From the IMG/VR virus record IMGVR_UViG_3300009701_000001, positions 1 to 64,000 of that record: DNA of 64,000 nt, one strand, 5' to 3'. Positions within the stretch are counted from its first letter, which is position 1. Each line of letters opens with the position of its first letter. This stretch comes from a virus. Made by a program: the position numbers and the translations under genes. This document shows, one piece after another, positions 59,279 through 64,000 of this stretch. The notes under the pieces were generated by a model, which saw nothing but the letters and a program-made list of their open reading frames with translations, was not told the DNA's origin and searched no databases.

Positions 59279-60451
59279 TTAAAAGTTAAGATCTCTTGCG
59301 GAGAAGTGAATGGCTCTACCAAACTTTGGAACAAAGCCAGGATTGTCATAGATAAGCCAAAGAACTGGTTTACGTGGGTTAACCAAGTTAGTTTGACGTA
59401 GATGACCATCAGTAAATACAAAGAGTGCTTCGGCTTTATCCTTCGCAAACTTTTCAATTACTTCCTGTACATCTGTTCCCCCTCCACGACGGAAAGGTAC
59501 ACGCAGGAATTCATCAATACTCTTACACACATCTTCACTCACAATATGAGTGTTGAATTGAATGACAGAGATTTCCTGTGGGTTATACCGTTTAAAGATA
59601 TAAGCCATCTCACTAAGACTTTGGTTCCATTCACGCGTGCTCACGGATCCAGAGATATCATTGGCCCACATCAAACGACCTATACCTGGACTGTTCAAAG
59701 AAGGAAGGTGGTAACCGTGAGCCACATACTTACGATGTGGTTTACTGTAACTCTGATCCTCCTTTACCGTTGCTTGACAGAAACGGTCCATGATCCGACT
59801 CCACGGTACACGAGGTTTAGTTAGACGCTCAATAAGAGCATCCATATCTGCACCTAGTTTACCTGGTGGTTTCTGTCCGGCCATGTCAGCAGTGGTTAAG
59901 GCGGTCATAACCATTTCCTCAACCTTCTGCTTCATTTCCTGACACTTAGCCGGAGAAGGCTCTTTATCACCTTTACCATCTCCTGGTTTTAAATCCCCAG
60001 AGTAATTTGGAGTTTTATGGGAACCCGGTTTTTTATTCTCTTCTGATTTCAGAATGTCGTAAACAGCCTTGGTATCCATTCCTTTAAAACGAGTGTCAAA
60101 GAGCCAACTTGGGATAGCTTCAAAAGCATTATCATGAAGGATAAGGTTAATCACATAGTCGGCTGCTTTATTCCAAAGTTCTGGATCCATACCGATACAA
60201 CGAACACCACAATGCTCTAAGACAATATGCATCGTCTCATGCATCATGAGTGTTGTTTGTTGCTTACGGCTCAAGGAGGTAAAGAACTTAGGGTTGTACT
60301 CCACTTTAAGGCCATTTGTCCATGCAGTATCACAGGCAGGATCAGTAGCTTCTAAGTGAGGTACAGATACCAAAAGGCTTCCAAAGAATACCAATTTAGC
60401 GTTGGTTAGCAATTCAACTTTAGCCTTGCCTAGATCATTTGCAAATGACAT
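59279..60451 (-). CDS. VWA-domain protein with N-terminal HExxH metallopeptidase-like domain (DUF2201-type; N4 gp25 position)
   Basis: 390 aa. MMHETMHIVLEH (HExxH) in the N-terminal half. MIDAS motif MWANDISGSV (DxSxS) in the C-terminal VWA-like half. Confidence 0.7.
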   Translation of the reverse strand: MSFANDLGKAKVELLTNAKLVFFGSLLVSVPHLEATDPACDTAWTNGLKVEYNPKFFTSLSRKQQTTLMMHETMHIVLEHCGVRCIGMDPELWNKAADYVINLILHDNAFEAIPSWLFDTRFKGMDTKAVYDILKSEENKKPGSHKTPNYSGDLKPGDGKGDKEPSPAKCQEMKQKVEEMVMTALTTADMAGQKPPGKLGADMDALIERLTKPRVPWSRIMDRFCQATVKEDQSYSKPHRKYVAHGYHLPSLNSPGIGRLMWANDISGSVSTREWNQSLSEMAYIFKRYNPQEISVIQFNTHIVSEDVCKSIDEFLRVPFRRGGGTDVQEVIEKFAKDKAEALFVFTDGHLRQTNLVNPRKPVLWLIYDNPGFVPKFGRAIHFSARDLNF

Positions 60452-60454
60452 ATT

Positions 60455-61546
60455 TTAACCCCACATGTTATGGGCGAATGATTTACTCCAGTTACTTAAT
60501 GCACTGGAACCAATTGCACTATTACCTTTCTCAGCTGCGGGCAATGATGCATAGTGAGCAGACATAGCACGTACTGCAATGTACTGGAATTCCATATCCA
60601 TACGTCCCAGATACTTAAAGACAGCATCAGCATTCTTCTGGTTTGTTTCCACACCCAGCTTACCTGCCATTGCAAATTGATATGAAACTTCTGACGGAAT
60701 TTTAGCACCTGTAGGGTTAGCCTCAATTTCTTTAATGTCAGTAAGTTTATCGAAGTACTCAATGAAACTGGCAAATGCACGTCCAGCAGAAGCACCGATA
60801 GTACCTGAAATCAAAGCCAGTGATTTGAAGCCTTCATTACCTGGCTTAATGTGCTTAAGTTGTTTTGACAACATTTCATAAGTACGAGGAGAGCCGAAAG
60901 TATCATCCGTGGTTTCAGGATCGAAGTTGAAGAACATGTCTTTCTTATATTCCAGGAAAGAGATGATTCGGTAATCAATACGCCCTGCTTGCTGCATGAT
61001 TTTACGCCATGCATTGAAATCAGGCATAAGGTAGTAGTTAACCATACGCGAACGCAGAGCTGAACCCATCTGGTTTACAATTGCACCATCAGTGTCAAGG
61101 TTACCTGCGGCCATCATCATCACATGACTGTGAAGCTTATGCTTGCCTACCTTGCGATCAAGGATCAGCTTGTACGCAGCTGCCATTACAGCACGACTTG
61201 CCGAAGACAGCTCATCAAGAAACAGTAGCCAACCTTTGTACGGTTTACCTGTTGCTGGGTTGATTGGGATTGCTTCCCCTTCCAGAGGGAAGTTCTCCAT
61301 TGGAATAAACTGAGAACGGCTGCGATCTTCATTAAAGTTCATGAGACCGTTAATTTCACCAGCATCGTAGCTGGTAAGACGTTCATCCAACAGAAGCAGA
61401 TCCCAACCATCAGCAATGGATTGAGCCAGAGAAGATTTACCAATGGCAGGTGAACCATGCAGCATCGGTACTACACCAGATTTCAAAGTTGCCTTAATCA
61501 TGTCTACAGCAGAATTGATTGGGGTAAAGACGAAATTGTTTTCCAT
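60455..61546 (-). CDS. MoxR-like AAA+ ATPase (N4 gp24 position)
   Basis: 363 aa. Walker A MLHGSPAIGKSSLA, Walker B LLFLDELSSAS, sensor/arginine region AAGNLDTDGAIVNQMGSALRSRM. Confidence 0.75.
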   Translation of the reverse strand: MENNFVFTPINSAVDMIKATLKSGVVPMLHGSPAIGKSSLAQSIADGWDLLLLDERLTSYDAGEINGLMNFNEDRSRSQFIPMENFPLEGEAIPINPATGKPYKGWLLFLDELSSASRAVMAAAYKLILDRKVGKHKLHSHVMMMAAGNLDTDGAIVNQMGSALRSRMVNYYLMPDFNAWRKIMQQAGRIDYRIISFLEYKKDMFFNFDPETTDDTFGSPRTYEMLSKQLKHIKPGNEGFKSLALISGTIGASAGRAFASFIEYFDKLTDIKEIEANPTGAKIPSEVSYQFAMAGKLGVETNQKNADAVFKYLGRMDMEFQYIAVRAMSAHYASLPAAEKGNSAIGSSALSNWSKSFAHNMWG

Positions 61547-61554
61547 TATTTTTC

Positions 61555-61959
61555 CTATACAGATTTAGATCGGCTTACACGTCTACGATGATTTTCGCGG
61601 CATGTAACCATTTCAAGATGAGCGGGATTACAACAAAGACGATTGTTGCACTTATGATCGATTTGTTTCTTTCCTGGGATGTACCCATAGAAATGGGTAA
61701 ATACAACAAGGTGAGTCGCTACTGTCTGGCTTCCCAAGGACATACGTCCATAGCCTCTGCCAGCACCAGTTCCATCACCTGAGTTTGGACCTGTCCAGAT
61801 TAAACATGGACTTGGTAAACCCTCAATTGTGTGTCCCATGTCTTTGACCACAACACGGGAGAATACACGTTCAAGCACTTCCTCCCGTCTAGTTGGGAGA
61901 TTGCCTAACTCTTCCAGTATTTCTTTCATTGATAACCTACGAAGATGCACGGAGTGCAT
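61555..61959 (-). CDS. free-standing HNH homing endonuclease
   Basis: 134 aa. CLIWTG...GYGRMSL...ATHLVVF...IDHKCNNRLCCNPAHLEMVTCRENHRRR is the classical phage HNH_3 pattern. The start may be the internal MKEILEEL. Confidence 0.8.
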   Translation of the reverse strand: MHSVHLRRLSMKEILEELGNLPTRREEVLERVFSRVVVKDMGHTIEGLPSPCLIWTGPNSGDGTGAGRGYGRMSLGSQTVATHLVVFTHFYGYIPGKKQIDHKCNNRLCCNPAHLEMVTCRENHRRRVSRSKSV

Positions 61960-61970
61960 TGGTTACTGGT

Positions 61971-62270
61971 TTACCTTACTGGTTCAATAAAGTAAGGGCC
62001 AATGTAGAAAAGTGAATGCACCTCAGCTTCACTGAGTGTCATAGTACTGCCAGCATCAGTAATGGCTTTATAAGCCTCACCGTTATAACCGTTTAAGGTA
62101 ATGATTTCAGTAATACGGGCATTACCACGCTGACGGCCATCACGAGTTTGTAACTGAGTACCTTTTTTTAGTTCCTTATTCGTGTTATGTCCTGTAGCCC
62201 ATTCGGGTAATAACTTCATATACTCTTTTTCCAGTTTAAGGAATTCCTCACTTTCTTCATCATTACACAT
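61971..62270 (-). CDS. hypothetical protein
   Basis: 99-aa ORF in the compact - strand array. Confidence 0.4.
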   Translation of the reverse strand: MCNDEESEEFLKLEKEYMKLLPEWATGHNTNKELKKGTQLQTRDGRQRGNARITEIITLNGYNGEAYKAITDAGSTMTLSEAEVHSLFYIGPYFIEPVR

Positions 62271-62448
62271 GATTTTTACCTTGTTCTAACATCTCTTTGA
62301 TAAGAGTGTTGTGGTACTGCATAACTAAGCCATGCAGTACATTAGGATCTGTTATAGGGAGATTAGCCTTGAGTTCTGTCATAGCAGCATCAAGGCTATC
62401 AGCCGTCTTAAACAGTCCCACCTTTACTGGTAGAATTGTCTTGCTCAT
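62263..62448 (-). CDS. hypothetical small protein
   Basis: 61-aa ORF that overlaps both neighbours, as is typical of phage early/middle arrays. Confidence 0.35.
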   Translation of the reverse strand: MSKTILPVKVGLFKTADSLDAAMTELKANLPITDPNVLHGLVMQYHNTLIKEMLEQGKNHV

Positions 62449-63166
62449 TAAGGATTTCCAGCATTAGGCTTTTTGCCAAAATGCGTTTTTGATTGATAGT
62501 TAAGTTAGCAACCAGAGCGTTAACATTTTGCTTAACCAAACGTCCACGCAACTGCTCAATATTAAAGATATCGAACTCACGAAGCACAGTAGTAATTTCA
62601 CCAAACTGTTGTTGACGTCGTTCGATACATTCAGGATGGTCACAGAATTCAGACTCACCTTCTTGTTCTGGTTTAGCGTTGCCTTTATTCTCTGCAACAA
62701 GAATAGCCAGTACTTCTTCAATCAGAGAATTGAGAGTACTTGGCATATTTTTAAGAGCAGGATGTTGAGCCAAGATCACTTCACTTACAGCAAAACTGTT
62801 AGCAGGAGTAGAGCTTGGGATACGGAGAGAATTTACAAAGTTAACCATGGCTTTTTCTTCCAATGCAGCAAAATTTAAATTAGGGATGGATTTACTTTCG
62901 TTCACTTGAGAACTGATACGATCGAATAAACCCGGTTGGTGACTACTTCCATAACGAGATGGAAATGAGTTAGCTTTAAGTGAAGCCAGAATTTCAGCAG
63001 GTGTTGGACCATTTGAGAATTCTTGGTTATTTTCACGTAAAGAGGCGAATGCAATTTCACGTACTGCATCAATACGTAAATTGAAACGACGTGCTACTGA
63101 CAGAGGGCTTTGCCCATAGGCTAAAGCAATCTCTACTGCCTTATCAATCTTCTTACTGATAATCAT
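62408..63166 (-). CDS. hypothetical protein with N-terminal HTH-like segment
   Basis: 252 aa. AYGQSPLSVARRFNLRIDAVREI resembles a helix-turn-helix. Confidence 0.4.
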   Translation of the reverse strand: MIISKKIDKAVEIALAYGQSPLSVARRFNLRIDAVREIAFASLRENNQEFSNGPTPAEILASLKANSFPSRYGSSHQPGLFDRISSQVNESKSIPNLNFAALEEKAMVNFVNSLRIPSSTPANSFAVSEVILAQHPALKNMPSTLNSLIEEVLAILVAENKGNAKPEQEGESEFCDHPECIERRQQQFGEITTVLREFDIFNIEQLRGRLVKQNVNALVANLTINQKRILAKSLMLEILNEQDNSTSKGGTV

Positions 63167-63528
63167 TTTTGATTTCCCACAGGAAAGGGTAAAAACAATT
63201 CAGGAGGTATATCAGGAAGTCGGTTATGTTCCCACCATTCACTACCATCATATTCACCACGACTGGCCCATGTACCATCTGTAAACCAGAGAATACCAAA
63301 CAGATGTTGACCACCAAAACCTGAGTCATAATCAAAGTTTAAGGAATCAAGCCATAGTTTTAGGACACTCTCTGAATGATCTACATACAGAGGATAATTA
63401 AAAGCATCAGGACTAACTACCCCAAGTTCAGCACCATAAGATATCGAGGCACATTTTATAGTTAATCCCCATTGTTTTAAGATACCTTCTATTTCCTCCT
63501 TGGCGTTTGTATCACCATTACTCGGCAT
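63163..63528 (-). CDS. hypothetical Trp-rich protein
   Basis: Track ORF 63163..63609. I prefer ATG 63528 (MPSNGDT), which overlaps the upstream stop by 11 nt. Contains LWFTDGTWASRGEYDGSEWWEH. Confidence 0.4.
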   Translation of the reverse strand: MPSNGDTNAKEEIEGILKQWGLTIKCASISYGAELGVVSPDAFNYPLYVDHSESVLKLWLDSLNFDYDSGFGGQHLFGILWFTDGTWASRGEYDGSEWWEHNRLPDIPPELFLPFPVGNQK

Positions 63529-63946
63529 CGAAAGTACCCCAGTTCTTATGCTCTGGGAGCCAAGTTGCCCAAACGTTATCGAAATAACAGTTTTCAGGTG
63601 CTTTAGCAAAGAGAGGGGCTACTCGTTGATCTTGTAGTCCAGCTAAACCACATCCGATACGAGTAACTTTAAAGTTGTACTCAGGGTGGTCTTTTGCATA
63701 AGCGATGAACGAATCTGCATACTTTTCAATTTCATCAATATGCAGTGTACGTAAGCCAGCAGATTTGGTAGGCAGGGCATAGCTATTACCATAGTGACCA
63801 ATACCCTTACCATACTGTGCACCATAGTGGTTAAGTGCAAACTTCGCAGCACCAGCACCATGACGACCTGCTTCATTGGAACCAAATACAAAGATCACTG
63901 GTTTACCAAACAGACATTCTTGTAGAGTCATTTCGACTGTCTCCAT
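63518..63946 (-). CDS. conserved phage protein with GSNxxGxHGxGAA motif (Rossmann-like nucleotide-binding fold suspected)
   Basis: VIFVFGSNEAGRHGAGAAKFALNHYGAQYGKGIGHYGNSYALPTK is a motif I recognise from many phage proteins but cannot name. The frame stays open upstream to the window edge (64000). The best SD (GGAGA) precedes ATG 63931 (MTLQE). Confidence 0.4.
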   Translation of the reverse strand: METVEMTLQECLFGKPVIFVFGSNEAGRHGAGAAKFALNHYGAQYGKGIGHYGNSYALPTKSAGLRTLHIDEIEKYADSFIAYAKDHPEYNFKVTRIGCGLAGLQDQRVAPLFAKAPENCYFDNVWATWLPEHKNWGTFDAE

Positions 63947-64000
63947 CTTTACTTCTTTACGTTTAGGACGGTATGCAAAAACATCAATACCATCTTCCCA

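Noticed and set aside
1-64000. Prophage, CRISPR or defence-island interpretation
   Set aside because: There is no integrase, att-like repeat, host gene or repeat-spacer array. Gene density, strand blocks and the vRNAP indicate a virulent N4-like genome. Genome termini, early hairpin promoters and the RNAPII genes are probably in the part outside this window.

Overview
The window reads as about 64 kb of a lytic N4-like (Schitoviridae-type) podophage genome. I saw no bacterial flank, integrase, rRNA or CRISPR array. Layout: (i) The + strand 579-28006 is the late/virion module in the N4 gene order as I remember it: candidate small terminase, large terminase, portal, scaffold-like protein, major capsid, four internal/ejection-type proteins, then a 3,697-codon virion RNA polymerase. 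(ii) The - strand 28024-39410 is a recombination, replication and nucleotide-metabolism block. It holds an acidic NPF-repeat protein, a RuvC-like resolvase, an N4-type SSB candidate, an HNH-AP2 homing endonuclease, an AAA_24-like ATPase, a primase/NTPase protein, a Cas4-like nuclease, a DUF5664 pyrophosphohydrolase-like protein, NrdA, NrdB and ThyX. (iii) The + strand 39511-46507 is a tail-fibre/tailspike plus lysis island that splits the replication genes. (iv) The - strand 46556-64000 carries Dam, a HAD phosphatase, a family-A DNA polymerase, rIIB/rIIA-like genes, an SF1 helicase, a VWA/metallopeptidase plus MoxR-like AAA+ pair, a second HNH endonuclease and small unknown ORFs. An inverted accessory islet (3795-5877, - strand) sits inside the late module. 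It carries a DUF2829 (Tad2-family) protein, an N4-gp49-like protein, four tightly packed tRNAs and a MazG-like pyrophosphohydrolase. I found no single clear-cut new system. The best leads are the DUF2829 fusion, the acidic protein that repeats the SSB-tail-like (D/N)PF motif, the tRNA array with an odd tRNA-Ile anticodon loop next to a structured non-coding stretch, a ThyX with a substituted signature motif, the lysis cassette, and the rearranged genome architecture. All family calls come from motifs and synteny read by eye, with no searches run. Coordinates I derived by hand (tRNAs, hairpins, revised starts) may be off by 1-2 nt.
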